Numbered from the whole stretch's first letter, positions 12,441 through 26,610 are shown. The stretch: 62,393 nt of DNA, filler included, from Chiloscyllium plagiosum (GCF_004010195.1; 4 parts of one record of this genome joined end to end with filler, not necessarily neighbours in it), one strand, 5' to 3'. Notes: generated from the letters alone by a model not told the origin. Made by a program: numbers and translations.

Positions 12441-14047
12441 ACTTGTGGGATCCATGGCCTGTTACTCAGGGAATAGTAGCAACGGGGTAAAAGTCATTGC
12501 TATTGGAATCACTGCGGAGGGTTGTGCAGGCCAGTGCTATGGGTAGGGAGTGTGTTGGGAGTGAGTGGGGAGAGGTGAACGATATAGTGGGAGCGGTTGC
12601 AGGCGAGTGAGTGTGACTTTCGGATGGTGTGTTGATGAGTGACCATGGCAGTGGAGGAGTGAGTGTGAAGGGGTCAGGTGACAGTGATGGAGGGACTGTG
12701 AGGGAGTCAGGGTGACAGGGATGCAGTGAGTGAGAGGAGGTCAGTGCAAAGATTACTGCGGGAGTTCAAGGGTGCTGGGGACATTGACGAATAGACTATG
12801 AGGGTGTCAGTTGATGGTGATGTAATGAGAACGCAGCTGGGCAGTTTGACGATGACAGATTTTTGTGAGGAGTTCAGGGTGGCAGAGGGGCATTGAGTGA
12901 GTTGGAGACAGCGTATGACGAAGGAGTGAGCGTGAGGAAGTCAGGGTGACGATGATGAAGTGCGCATGTTTCGGGGAATGGGTGATTGTGGCGGGCTGAG
13001 TGCGAAAGGGTCAGAATCACGATGATGGAGTGAGTGTGAAGGTGTCAGGATGACAGTAAGGTAGTAAGTGTGAGTTGGTTAGGGTGACGGTGATGGAGAG
13101 AGAGTGACGGTATAAGGGTAACGGTGATGGACGGAATGTACGCTGAGAGTAGTGAGGGCGTGGAACACGCTGTTTCAACAATAGTACACTCGCAAGTTTA
13201 AGGGCATTTAAATGGTCATTGGATAGGCATTTGGACGAGAATAGAATAGTGCAGGTTAGATCGGCTTCAGATTTACTCCACACGTCAGTGCAACATTGAG
13301 GGCCGGAGGGCCTGTAATGCGCTGTAATATTTTCTTTACTATGTTCTACTTGTGGTATCCATGGCCTGTTACTCAGGGAATAGTAGCAACGGGGTAAAAG
13401 TCATTGCTATTGGAATCACTGCGGAGGGTTGTGCAGGCCAGTGCTATGGGTAGGGAGTGTGTTGGGAGTGAGTGGGGAGAGGTGAACGATATAGTGGGAG
13501 CGGATGCAGGCGAGTGAGTGTGACTTTCGGATGGTGTGTTGATGAGTGACCATGGCAGTGGAGGAGTGAGTGTGAAGGAGTCAGGTGACAGTGATGGAGG
13601 GACTGTGAGGGAGTCAGGGTGACAGGGATGCAGTGAGTGAGAGGAGGTCAGTGCAAAGATTACTGCGGGAGTTCAAGGGTGCTGGGGACATTGACGAATA
13701 GACTATGAGGGTGTCAAGTTGATGGTGATGTAATGAGAACGCAGCTGGGCAGTTTGACGATGACAGATTTTTGTGAGGAGTTCAGGGTGGCAAAGGGGCA
13801 TTGAGTGAGTTGGAGACAGCGTATGACGAAGGAGTGAGCGTGAGGAAGTCAGGGTGACGATGATGAAGTGCGCATGTTTCGGGGAATGGGTGATTGTGGC
13901 GGGCTGAGTGCGAAAGGGTCAGAATCACGATGATGGAGTGAGTGTGAAGGTGTCAGGATGACAGTAAGGTAGTAAGTGTGAGTTGGTTAGGGTGACGGTG
14001 ATGGAGTGAGAGTGACGGTATAAGGGTGACGGTGATGGACGGAATGT
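12232..14047. repeat. 907-bp near-identical tandem duplication
   Basis: cgctgagagtagtgagggcg at 12234 and 13141; the copies stay colinear to ggacggaatgt with only a few differences. Confidence 0.9.
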
Positions 14048-17000
14048 GAGGACATCAGGTTGATGGTGACAAAGTGAGTGTGACGGCGTCAGGATGACAG
14101 TGACCGAATGAGTGTGACGAGGCTCAGATTGATCATGACGGGCTGACTGTGATAGGGTCCGGGTAAGGGAGATGGATTGAGTGTGATCGAGTCAGGGTGA
14201 CAGACAAGGTATATGTACGAAGGCGTCACTTCGACAATGATGGAGCGAGCGTGTTGGGGGACATGGTGACAGTAATGAGGTGACTGCAAAGGAGTCAGTG
14301 TGACGTTGTTTGAGTGAGTGTGAAGGGATCAGGATGACAATGAGTGAATGCGTGTGAGGTAGTCAGTGTCACAATGAGGGATTGAGTGTGAGTGGGTCAG
14401 CTCGACATTAAGGGAATGAGTGCAGAAAGATCAGGTAATGGTGATGGAGAAAATGTGAGCGTGTCAGTGTGACGGTGACGGAGTAAACGTGACGGGGTCA
14501 CGTTACGGTGATGGAATGAGCGTGAGGAGATTGGGTTAAATGACGGAGTGAGTGTGACTGAGTCTCTTTGACAGTGAGGGGGGGGACTCAGGCGCAGAGT
14601 GCCAGTGAGGAAGTGTGATGGTAGCGGAGTGAATGTGAGGTGATGGTGATGGAGCCAAAACGCGGGGTCACGGTGGCTGTGACAGACAGAGTGCGAGGGT
14701 GCCTGGGTGTCAGTTTTGGAGTGAGTCAGGGTGATAGAAGGGACGCGAGTGGAAGGGGCTCATCTGAAGGTAATGGAATGATTGTGAGCGCGTCAGTGTG
14801 ACAGTCACGGTGTGAACATGAGTGGGTGAGGGTGAAAGGGGGATGTGAGTGTGAAGGGGTCAGCATGACAGTCACAGGTTGAATGTTAGGTTGTTAGGGT
14901 CATGGTGATGGTGTAAGTGTGGGAGGGTCAAGATGAGAATCACAGAGAAATTGTGAGGGGTTCAGGGTGACGGTGATAGAGTGAGTGTGAAAGTGTGATG
15001 GAAAGAGTGCTGAGAGGGTCAGGGTGATGGTGTCTGATTGAGTACAGGGGTCACGGTGACAGTGATGTAGTTAGTGCGTGGAGATAAGGGTGACAATGAC
15101 GGAGTGAGTTTGATGGAGTCAGGGCGACAGTGGGGGTGTGAGTGTGAGTGGATCAAGGTTACAGTGACTAGTGTGAGTTTGAGGGAGTAAGGGTGACAGT
15201 GACGGGGTGATTTGACGGGTCAGGCTGACGTTGAAGGAGTGCGTTCAGACGTCAGGCTGATGTTAAAAGATGAGTGTGAGTGGGTCAAGTTGACAGCGAA
15301 AGAGTGAGTGTAAAGAATTCAGGGTGAGAGTCATGTACTGAATGTGCACGGGACAAGGTGACCGTGAAGGAAAGAGTGAGAGATGGTCAGGGTGATGGTG
15401 ACTGAGTGTAAGGAGGCCGGATTCAAAATTGACACGGTGAGTGTGACGGGGTCAGGCTGACAGTGATGGGGTAGGTTTGAGGGATGTTTATGTGAAAGTA
15501 AGGGATTGCAAGGGTGGGGGTCACTGTGATGGTGACGGAGTGTGAGTGAGGCGGCCAAGGTGACAGAGATGGATCCAGCGCCTGTGGTCAGGGGAACAGT
15601 AACAAAGTGAGTGCGATGGTGTCAGGGTGACAATCACGAAGTAATTGTGAGGGGACTGGGCTGACAGTGAGGGAGATACTGCATAGGGCTCAGTGATTTG
15701 TTGACTGCATGAATGTGAGTATGTCATGGTGACAGTCATGGAGTGAGTGCGAGAAGATCACCATGATAGTGAAGGAGTGNNNNNNNNNNNNNNNNNNNNN
15801 NNNNNNNNNNNNNNNNNNNNNNNNNNNNNNNNNNNNNNNNNNNNNNNNNNNNNNNNNNNNNNNNNNNNNNNNNNNNNNNNNNNNNNNNNNNNNNNNNNNN
15901 NNNNNNNNNNNNNNNNNNNNNNNNNNNNNNNNNNNNNNNNNNNNNNNNNNNNNNNNNNNNNNNNNNNNNNNNNNNNNNTGATGGAGTGAGTGTGAGAAGT
16001 CAGACTACAGTGATGGAGGGAAAGTGACAGATCAGGGTACCAGTGTCAGAGCGAGTGCGAGGGTTTCAGGGTGACAGTCACAGAGACAGTCGGAGGGGAT
16101 CAGGGTGAGAAAGGCGGACTGAGTGTGACGGTGTCAGATTTATGGTGATGGCCTAAGTGTGAGGGAGTCAGGGTGACAGTAATGGAGTAAATGTAAGGGG
16201 GTCAGGATGACAGTGAGGGAGATAGTGCAAGGGGTTCAGCGTAATACTGCTGGCGTAACTGTGAGGGAGTGAGAGAGACAGTTATGAAGTGAATGCGGGA
16301 ATCACCGTGACAGTGAGGGAGTGAGTGCGAGTGGTTGGACTGAAGGTGAGGGAGTCAGTGTGAGGGAGTTAGGGTGATTGTCATGGAGTGAGAATGAGGG
16401 TGTGAGTGTGAGGTCGTCGGTTTGACAGTAACAGAGTGAGCAGATTGGTGATCAGGGCGATGGTGTTGGGGTGACTGCAAAGGGGTCAGAGTGATGTTGG
16501 CGTAGTGCGTGTGAAGGTGTCAGGATAACAGTGAAGGATTCTGTGAGTGGTAGGTTGACAGAGAGGGAGTGAGTGTGAGGGAGTCAGATTGAGAGTCACC
16601 GAGTGAGTGTGTAGGTGTCAGTGTGAGAGAGAGAGGGAATGATTTTGAGAGGAGCTGGGTGTCATTGATAGTGTAGTGTGAGGGGGGTCAGGGTGACAGT
16701 GACGGAATAAGTGTCAGGAGGCCTGTTAAGACATGACAGAATGACTGAGATGGAATCAGACTGTTAGTTATGCCGTGAGTCTAAGGGGGGTCAGGGTGGC
16801 CGTGAGGGACTGTGTGTAGTGGGGAGGTCAGTGTGATGACGACAGAGTGAGTGTGAGGAGTTCAGGGTGACGGTGACACAGTGGGAGTGAGGAGTCAAGT
16901 TAATCGAGGGGAAGGGAGTGTGAAGTGGTCAGGGTCATGGTGCAGAGTGAGTGTGAGTGTGTTATTGCGACAATAACAGAGTGAGTTTGAGGGGTTCAGG

Positions 17001-20000
17001 ATGACAGAGGAGAAGTGAGTGTGAAGCGATGAATCTGAAGATGACAGGATGAGTGTCAAGGCGTCAGTGTGACAGTCATGGTGTGAGTGTGAGGGTATCA
17101 GTGTGACAGTCATGGTGTGAGTGTGAGAGGGTCAGTGTGTCAAAGAAAGAGTGAGTGTGAGGTGGTCAGGTGATGAAGATGAAGTGAGTCAGGTTGACAG
17201 TCATGGAGTAAGTGCGAGGGGTTCAGAGTGTTGGTGGTGGATTAAAAGTTAGGAGCTTCAGGTTGACAGTGAAGGTGTGCGACTGAGGGAGACAGAGTAA
17301 CAGTGAGGGAGTGTGGATGTGGAGGCCAGTGTAATGGTGATGGAGTGAGTGTGAGGAGGTCTGAGTGACGGTGATCGAGGAAGCATGAGGGGTAAATGTG
17401 ACGGTGACAGAGTGAGTGGAGGGTGTCAGGGTTACAGTCAATAAGTGAGTGCGAGCGGACAGAGTGACAGAACGAATGTAAGTATGAGGGCGTCAGTGTG
17501 ACAGTCATGGTGTGAGTATGAACGTGTCAGGTTGACAGAGAAGAACTTATTATGTCAGGGTCAGGGAGACCATGATCGTGTGAGTGGTTACAGTGAGGGA
17601 GTGAGTGCGTGGCGTTCAGCATAATACTTACAGAGTGAGTGCGATGGGGATAGGGTGACAGTGACAGAGTGAATCAGAGGGGATCAGGCTAATGGTGACT
17701 GATTGAGTGTGCAATGGTCAGTGTGTCGGTTGTGGAGTGAATGAGGGTGTCAGGATGATGGTAACGGATTGAGTTTAAAGAAGTCAGGGTGATAATGAAG
17801 GACGGTGATGGTATAGAGTCAGGTTGACAGTGAGGGTGTCAGGGTGATAATCACGGATTGGTGTGAAGGAGTCAGGGTGATGGTGACCTGGTGAGTATGA
17901 GGGTGTGAGGGTGACGGTGATGGACTGAGTGAGGGGGGAGTGTGGCTGACAGTGATGGAGTGAGTGCGAGTCGTTTCAGGGTGACAGTAATGGTTTGAGC
18001 GCATCAGAGTGATGGCGACAGTGTGGGTGCAATTGGGTTTAGGGTGATGGTGATGGCGTGAGTGTGAATGTGCCAGAGTGACAGTGAGGGAATGAGTGTG
18101 AGGGAGTGAGTGTAAGGTGGCCAGGCTGAAGGTGATGGAGTGAGTGTGAGATGGTCAGGGTGATGGTGATGGGGTGGGTTCGATGGGTGTGGGTGATACA
18201 GTGTGTTAGTAAGTGGGTGGCAGTCTGTGCAACAGTGGCAGAGTGAGTGCTAGAGTGTCAATGTGATGGTAACGTAGTGATTGTGAGGAAGTCAAGGTGA
18301 TAGTGAGGAAGTGAGTGTGAGAGGGGTCAAGGTGGTAATCACGGAGCGAGTGTCAGGTTGTCAAGGTGATGGTGAGGAAGTGAGTGTGAGGGGGGTCAAG
18401 GTGGCAGGGGAAGTGAGTCTGAGGGAGGTCAGGGTGACAGTGACGGTGTGAGTGTCAGGATGATGGTGAGGAAGTGAGTGTGCGGGTTCAGGTGACAGAG
18501 GGATTGCGAGGGGGTCAGGATGACGATGATAGTGTGAGTTAGGTGGGGCCAGGATGTTGATGAAGGAGTGAATGTGAGGGAGTCAAGGGGATGGTGAAGA
18601 AGCGATTCTCACAAGTTCAGGCTGACAAATGTGGAGTGAATGTGATGGACTCAGGGTGACAGTTGGGGGTGAGTTTAATGGGGTCAGGGTGATGGTGAAG
18701 AAGTGAGTGAGAGTGAGTAAGGGGGATGGTTAGGAAGTGAGTATGAGTGTTTCAGGGTGACGGCAAGGAAGTGAGTGTGAAGGAGTCAGAGGGACTGAAC
18801 GGAGTATTTCTGAGGGGATCAGGCTGACGTTGAAGGAATAAGTGTGATGGAGTCAGGGTGACGGTGATGGAGTGAGTGTACTGAGATCAGTTGAAAAAAA
18901 TAACGGAATGAGTGTGAGGGGGTCAGGGTGATGGTGGTTGAGAGGGTGACTAGGTCAGGCTGATGGTGATGCAGTGAGCGTGAGGAGTGTCAGAATAAAG
19001 CGAGGGAGGTCAGGCTGACAGTGAGGGAGTGAGTGTGATGGGGTAAAGATGGCAGTGATGACGTGGTGTACAAGAAGTGCAGGCTGACGGTGATGAAGTG
19101 TCTGAGTCGAGTCAGACTGACAGTGAGGGAATGGCGGCCAGTATGACGTGACTGCCTGAGGGCGACGTGGACAGGATGATAGCGATGGAGTGAGTGCAAG
19201 GGGGTCAGAGTGAAAGCGCAGAGTGAGTGTGCGGGATTCTGGATGATTGTGACGGAGTTAGTGTGAGATGTATCAGGGTTGCAGTGAGGAAGTGAGTATG
19301 TCTGGTACAGCATAACGGTGACACAGAGAGTGCGAGTGAATCAGGGTGACGTTGAAATTGTGAATATGTGGGTGATGCTGATAGTATGAGTTTGAGGGGC
19401 TCAGTGTGAGAGAGAGGGAGTGGGTGTGAGGGCTTCAGGTTGACAGTGACTGAGTGACTATGTTGGTGCCAACAAAATGGCGACAGAGTGTGTACGATGG
19501 GGACAAGGTGACAGTGACAGAGTGAGTGTGAGAGTGTGAGGGAGAAGGTGATGGAGTGCGTTTGAGTCGTTTCGGGTGACGGTGACGGAGTAGTTGTGAG
19601 GATGTCAGTGTGTCTGTCCTGGATTGAGTGCGAACATGTCAGAATTATGATGATGGAGTGAGTGTGAGGTGGTCAGGGTATTGGTGACAGAGAAAACCTG
19701 AATATCAGAGTGCCAGTGATGGAGTCAGTGTGAGGGAGTCAGGGTGACAGAGTGGGAGTGAGTGGGAGAGAGTCAGAGTGACAGGGACTGTGTGTGTTTG
19801 AGGAGATCAGGGCTATGAGTCTGAGGAAGTCAGGGTGACGGTGAGGGGTGAGTGTAAGGGTGACAATGGCAGGCTCAGTGTGAGGAGTTCAGGGTGATGG
19901 TGACAGCGTGTGTAGGGGTGTCAGGATGATGATTACGGACTTAGAGGCTGACGGTGATGGAGTGAGTGTGAGGGGATTCAGTGTGGCCATGACGGATTTA

Positions 20001-20760
20001 ATCCGAGGGGGCCAGAGTGATGATGACAGAGTGAGCGTGAAGGTCTCAGGGTGACAGTGAGTGAGTGAGTGCGAGGAACCAGGGTGACATTGACAGAATG
20101 AGTGTAAGGTCAGTTTATAAAATGACAGTGAGTATGAGGGGGACAGGCTGAAGGGGATGGAGTGACTGTGTGCGGTGTCAGGGTTGCAGCGAAGGAGTGA
20201 GTGTGTGTGCGTCAATGTAACGGTGATGGAATAAGTGCAGGGCATCAGGGTGAAGGTGACGGACTGATTGTGAGGGGATCAGGGTGACGTTGACAGAGTG
20301 AGTATATGAGGTCAGGATGATGGTGGCGGAGAAAGTGCAAGGGTGTCATTTTGATTGTTTTGAATTGAATGTGAGGGAGTCAGCGTTACAGTAAGGGAGT
20401 GATTGTGTCAGGGTCAGCATAACGGTGACGGAGTGAGTGCGAGGGGGCAGGGTGACGGTGACAGATGGAGTGTGAGTGTGTCAGGGTGATGTCGTGCGTT
20501 TGAGGGGTTTGAGGTGATGATGACAGAGTAGTTGAGAGGGGGTCAGGGTGTCGGTGTTGAAGTGAGTGTGAGCATGGCAGGATGATAATGACAAAGTGAT
20601 TGTGAGGTGATCAGGGTGATAGTGATAGAGAAAGCAGTGAGATAGTAGGTGTGAAGGGATCAGGGTGAAAGCAATTGTGTGACTCCGAGGTGGTCAGGGT
20701 GACTGTGAAGGAGTGAGGGTCAGGGAATCAAGGTTGAGAGAGAACAAATTTCAGGTTGTC
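12550..20760. repeat. Degenerate ~34-bp G/T-rich minisatellite (consensus ~GGAGTGAGTGTGAGGGGGTCAGGGTGACGGTGAT)
   Basis: tgagtgtga and gtcagggtgac recur at ~34-bp period (e.g. 18059 and 18093). Spans the gap at 15780-15978 and is interrupted by the duplicated CR1 tail at ~13140-13450. Confidence 0.92.
15780..15978. other. Assembly gap (199 N)
   Basis: Run of N. Confidence 1.
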
Positions 20761-20788
20761 AGGCGTATGTTGATTTTAACGAATATAG

Positions 20789-21288
20789 NNNNNNNNNNNN
20801 NNNNNNNNNNNNNNNNNNNNNNNNNNNNNNNNNNNNNNNNNNNNNNNNNNNNNNNNNNNNNNNNNNNNNNNNNNNNNNNNNNNNNNNNNNNNNNNNNNNN
20901 NNNNNNNNNNNNNNNNNNNNNNNNNNNNNNNNNNNNNNNNNNNNNNNNNNNNNNNNNNNNNNNNNNNNNNNNNNNNNNNNNNNNNNNNNNNNNNNNNNNN
21001 NNNNNNNNNNNNNNNNNNNNNNNNNNNNNNNNNNNNNNNNNNNNNNNNNNNNNNNNNNNNNNNNNNNNNNNNNNNNNNNNNNNNNNNNNNNNNNNNNNNN
21101 NNNNNNNNNNNNNNNNNNNNNNNNNNNNNNNNNNNNNNNNNNNNNNNNNNNNNNNNNNNNNNNNNNNNNNNNNNNNNNNNNNNNNNNNNNNNNNNNNNNN
21201 NNNNNNNNNNNNNNNNNNNNNNNNNNNNNNNNNNNNNNNNNNNNNNNNNNNNNNNNNNNNNNNNNNNNNNNNNNNNNNNNNNNNNNNN
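20789..21288. other. Assembly gap (500 N)
   Basis: Run of N. Confidence 1.
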
Positions 21289-22396
21289 TGTCAACAACTT
21301 TCCGAATTGCATCACCGAGAATGCCAGCGGCCTGAGGAGCCACAAAGACCCAGAAGAAAAGAAAACATTTCAGGGTTGAAGTTGCCCAGCCATTTCACGG
21401 TAACCGTCCTTGGTACACCAGCAAGAGATTTGGTAGCAGTGGAATTCAAATCCGTGATTCCGTAAAAAAAATCACGTATAAATCCAACGACTTTGACCAT
21501 TCAACTACGTGAAGCTACACTGCCAATGTTGTTCTAAGTAGAAGCTCCTGGCAAAGCCCGGCAGGTCTGGCGACAGGAGCGAATCAGAGTTAAGGTTTTG
21601 GATCGAGTCACTCTTCCTCAGAACGGTGTCATATTTGGAACTATTTCACTGTCGTTCGACGAATATGGTTTCAAATTGCATGCTGGTTGCTACAGGAAAC
21701 TGATATGAAATCAACAATCATGGTTGACGGGTATTTTCAGTGTGGGATAAGACTTATGCGTCTGTTTGCTGCTAATTACAATCAGAACTGAATTATTTTC
21801 ATTGGAATTACTCTGTTGCTGTTGAAAGGGTACAGCTCATTTATGAATCAAATGCATCAGGTTTTTATTGTACATGCAGTGGTCTGACGGTCTTTAATTC
21901 TGGAAATCACGTTACTTCCTTTTGAAGAGCCATTGTTACTTTTTGTCTTCTGCCTCCTCACCGTCAAACATTGTGACTTTAACTTACAGAATAAAAACAG
22001 GTTATCTGTCATTATCTTTTCTGTATCTTCATACATTATCTCTGCTGAATAAGAATTTGATATGGTGAGAGGAGGACGTTTGAAATAAAACGCAACATGT
22101 TCGAAATGCTTAATGGTGTGATAGGGAGAGAAACAGAGTTGCCGTTCATGCTTGCAATTAAGTCAGTGTAAAGTAAAAAGTGGTCACCCAGTCTGTCTTT
22201 GTCTTCCCATTGCAGAGGACACTGCATTATGAGCAGCGAGTGCAGTAGCTAAAGGGTAAATAAAGCTGTTAATCTTCTGCAAAGACTATTGAAAGTCTCG
22301 GACAGTGAAGGGGGATGAGAAAAATAGGAATACTTGTATCTACTACATCAATATGTAAACATGCTGAGGAACAGACTGGTATTGAGATCTTAAAAC

Positions 22397-22694
22397 CATT
22401 CAAATGAAGTACCAGGATTTCAGCACACCTCTTCAAATAACACGGGAGATCAATTCCATCTTAAAGGCACCTCTCATCAAGTTAAGAACAGGAATTAAGT
22501 TTGTTACATAAAAGTTAAAAAACAAAAGAAAGCTAGAAACATGAACATTCAAATGAAGTACCAGGATTTCAGCACACCTCTTCAAATAACACGGGAGATC
22601 AATTCCATCTTAAAGGCACCTCTCATCAAGTTAAGAACAGGAATTAAGTTTGTTACATAAAAGTTAAAAAACAAAAGAAAGCTAGAAACATGAA
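22397..22694. repeat. 149-bp perfect tandem duplication
   Basis: cattcaaatgaagtaccagg...gctagaaacatgaa occurs twice in succession. Confidence 0.9.
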
Positions 22695-22963
22695 TGCTTG
22701 AATCTTAAAATAGCAAGCAAAACATTGCTCTATGCGAGCACAATTCAGCAAATCAATGCCGGAGGGATTGCACCTCTACCTCAAATCTTTACATTTTCCA
22801 TAACCAATAATTCCAGTTCTTTTCTCTGAACATTCAGATTTTGCGACATGAATACTGGCAAATCTAAAAACTTGGACATGCTCAACAATTCAATGTTCCA
22901 TAGATTTCTACACAAACACACCAAGTCAGGAAGTTACAGGAATAAGGACAAACATTGCATTCT

Positions 22964-23063
22964 NNNNNNNNNNNNNNNNNNNNNNNNNNNNNNNNNNNNN
23001 NNNNNNNTTAATTAATTAANNNNNNNNNNNNNNNNNNNNNNNNNNNNNNNNNNNNNNNNNNNN
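22964..23063. other. Artificial scaffolding linker N44-TTAATTAATTAA-N44
   Basis: Exactly 100 nt, identical at 38535-38634 and 51652-51751; the 12-mer has stop codons in all six frames. Confidence 0.97.
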
Positions 23064-23179
23064 GTTCGTCAATATACATTACACAATTGGATAATCTTGT
23101 TATTATTTCATTGTTTAGGCTTTGGTTTTTGGTTTTTGGATTTTTCATGCCAAATGTGATGGCTTTAAACGAGCACAGA

Positions 23180-23785
23180 GACGAGAGTCTGGTGCTTGAA
23201 AAGCACAGTTGGTCAGACAGCATCCAAGAAGCAGAAGAATCGACGTTTTGGGCATAAGCCCTTCAACAGCAATGAGACTTGTGGGCCAAGAGGATAGAGA
23301 GACAAATGGGAGGGAGTGGGATTGGGGGGAAGGTAGCTGAGAGTGCAATAGGTCGATGAAGATGGGAGTAATAGTGATAGGTTGGAGAGCAGTGTGGAGT
23401 GGATAGGTAGAAAAGAAGATAGAGAGCTCGCACAGATTAATTAGAAGATTGGTTCTGGGATAAGGTGGCGGAGGGTAAATGAAGAAACTGATGAAATCAA
23501 CATTAATCCCATATGGTTGGAGCGTCCCAAGGCGGAAAATGAGGCGTTCTTCCTCCAGGCATCGGTGTTTAGGGCTTGGTGATGGATGACATCTAGTACC
23601 TGCATGTCCTTGGCGGGTTGGGAGGGAGATTTAAATTGTTCGGCCACGGGCTTGGGTTGCTTTGCTCGTGTCTCACGGAGATATTCTCTGAAGCGTTCTG
23701 CAAGTAGTCGTCCTGTCTCCCCAATGTAGAGGAGATTGCATCAGGAGCAACGAATGCAGTAAATGACATGTGTGGAAGTGCAGGG
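23180..23785 (-). mobile_element. Penelope-like element: GIY-YIG domain plus pLTR (degraded)
   Basis: Minus strand reads VIYCIRCS*CNLLYIGETGRLLAERFREYL...VAEQFKSPSQPAKDMQVL...RLIFRLGTLQPYGINVDF. The downstream pLTR has a mutated hammerhead (CTGTTGA A GGGC TTAT GCCC AAAAC GTC). Confidence 0.85.
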
Positions 23786-25149
23786 AAATCTCCAGTACAG
23801 TTAATTTGCGAAATGAAAGCTGGAATTTTCTTTGTATTTTCAAATAAACCTGCCTGCCAACGGCCTCTAAATAAATCCAACTTTGACATAGTAGCTTGCC
23901 CCACTTTCTCAATACAGTCTTCTAAACGTGGAATATATGTGAATCAGAGTTTATGACACTGTTAACTTTGTGATCGTCCACGCATCATCATTGGGTGCCA
24001 TCTGGTTTTGGAACGATTACTAGCGGTCAGCTAACTTCCTTGCAACTCCCTTCGATTCTACCATTTTTGTGGATGCTTTCACATAGGATGAGGTTAAGGG
24101 CTAAGATTAGTGACGATAATCGACAGCTGCATGACATTGAATTAATCCTGTGACCATTCCCATGCATTTCACAGACAATCCAATCAAAAATTGCTATCTG
24201 TTTTCATTGTTTGTTACACTGCATCAGAGTTAGAGAGAGAGTTTTGTTCCTCGATTTGTATTTCAGCTCTGGTCGGGATTGTAATCTTTGCGATGACAAA
24301 CGTTCGCCTCCAGATGAACCATCAACTGAAGGGTTCCCGTCGGGCTCGATCGAGTGAAACTTGTTGCTTTTTCTCCTTTTTTTACGGTTTATTACCCTTA
24401 CTATTCACACTGCTATGTTATAATAAACGCACATTTTGAACAAATTGTTGTCAAGTGTTCGCTTAATGAGATTTGATCGAATCCAAAAGTACAGCTTGGA
24501 TGCATCCCGTCATCCAAGGCAATAGGTTTTGTATGGGTAGACTGGAGAACTACAAAGGAAATGCACCATGTAACCAGTACAGTTCTTCCACCAGTAGTCA
24601 GGATGATGATCAGAAAATGAATCAGGTCATAGAAGAAGCTTAAATGCAAATTTTAAAATGCGGGGTGAAAAACATCAAAATTGCAGCATCAGTGAAGAGA
24701 ACGTAGAGCTGATATATCAGATCCAGTGACCTCTTTCAGAATTGTTTTCATCAAGAAAACCTTAGTAAACTAGATGGCCCAACATCAGTTGGGCAGAGAA
24801 ATGAATGAGTAAAGATTCGAGTTGTAAAATCAATAGCTGGTGTTGGGCATTATTCGTACCTCAAAACGGATTGGTTGTGGCAGCAGCCTCTGTGATAACA
24901 AGGCTCGGTGTGTGCATGTTCGGTTAAGGACATGGGAGAAGGTGCTTCGGCCCTATAGGTATTTAACTCGATATTAAGAAATGAAAGGGAAATGCAGGTT
25001 AAAATCAGGGAAATGGAGTGTGGTTTGCTTTGAGAAGATAACATAATGGAGTGTGGTTTACTTTGAGAAGATAACATAAATAAGAGGCTTCTTTTAATGA
25101 AGTTGCAGGCCCCAGCGTCTACAAATCTTCAGAACCGGATTCACTGTAT

Positions 25150-25680
25150 CTCCCTTGAATAAGACAAGGGGGAAAATAATGGTGAGATTGGCAATAACGT
25201 GTAATTCGACCGAGCGAGAGGAGAGTTACCAGAGGACTGGATGAGAGCCAAAATGCCATTGTTATTCAAGAAGATAGCAAGAGCAAAAGCATGAAAATAC
25301 AGTACAGCTCATCTAACCTGTGTGGTGGAGATTGTTGGAAACAATTCTCTGATATAGAATGAATCTGCAATTTGGAGGATCGGGAATAATCAAGAACCTT
25401 CACATGACTTGGATTGGGAGCGCAATGTTTGTAAATACATTGAATTGTTTGAAGAGATAACCAGGCGTGTCAAAAAGGGAGGCATTCAATAGATTTACTC
25501 CATAGTCAGTAAACCTGTTTGGTAAGGGCCCACATGGGAGAGTGATAGTGGAGTTAAAGAGCACACATAATTCAAAGATATTTGACAAGTAAGAGGCAAA
25601 AATGACTGATTTACGGCAAGCAGGTGTGGATGGTCGAGGGACTCTTCGACAATGTGAACGCTGTGCTCAGGGCTGTTCCA
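25150..25680 (+). mobile_element. CR1 LINE RT N-terminal fragment (degraded)
   Basis: gagttaccagaggactggatgagagcc (PEDW), ttgaattgtttgaagagataacc, and tttggtaagggcccacatgggag (FDKVPH-like). Confidence 0.7.
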
Positions 25681-25689
25681 TTTTTACAC

Positions 25690-26610
25690 TCTCTTGCCCC
25701 TCACATCTCCGTTGAGGGGATGTCCTACCTCACCTTAAATGCATGCCCTCTCGCTTTGAACATTTTAACTATGGAAAAAGGACTCTAGGTGTCATACCTG
25801 TCCAAGCAGGTCATAATTTGGTGGACTTATATCAAGTCTTGCCCTAGCCTTACAAGTTCTAGAGAAAACATCCCGAATTTTCCATCCTCTGGTTATAGCT
25901 CATACGCTCACATCCAAGCAGCATCCTGATAAACACCTTCTGCACCTTTTCCACAACATAGACATCCTTTATGTAATCTGGCAATGCTATTAGTCGAGCC
26001 TAACCAGAGTCTTCTGAAGCTGTAGCGTGACAGCCTGATTCTTGAATTCAATTCCCTGATTATTAAGGGCAAGCATGTCACACGCCTTCTTTACCATCCG
26101 ACGGACTTGCGTGGCCAATTTCAAGCATCTTGAATTCCAAGATGCATCTGTACATCAGTGCTGTTCAGCGTCCTGCTTATAAATATATACATTTCCTTTA
26201 CATTTGAAAGTGCAGCAATTCACAATTATCCAGATTCAAATTCATTCGTTCATATCGGCAACTGATCTATATCCCCTTGTATCCATTGACAAATTCTGTA
26301 CATTAAACATACCTCCACTGGTCTTTTCCTGTCTGCGAATGTACTAACCTACTAATCTACATTTTCATCCAAGTCATTTATATCTAGCACAAACTGCAGC
26401 CGTCCCTATAATGTTACCGGCGCAACAGCACTAGCCACAGACCTCCAGCCTGAAAAATAACCTTCCTATAGGGTCCTCTTGCCGTCTATCAGCAAGACAA
26501 TACTGAATCCACGCCACCAAGTCACCGTGCATGCCATGCATCTTAATCATCTGGATGAGACTAACCTGAGGTTCCTTGTCGAAGGCTTGACTAAACTACA
26601 CATAGTCAAC
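25690..26610 (-). mobile_element. CR1 LINE RT to 3' region fragment (degraded)
   Basis: Antisense CR1 hallmarks: tcatccaagtcatttatat (YINDLD), gccttcttaacc-like (VKKA), and gtcgaaggcttgactaaactacacat (DFSKAFD-like). Confidence 0.7.

Noticed and set aside
13017..20245. His/Thr/Ser/Leu-rich minus-strand ORFs
   Set aside because: Translations of the 34-bp minisatellite.
23008..23019. Palindromic TTAATTAATTAA islands within gaps (also 38579-38590 and 51696-51707), resembling piggyBac TTAA or PacI sites
   Set aside because: Identical N44-12-N44 format three times: an artificial six-frame-stop linker.
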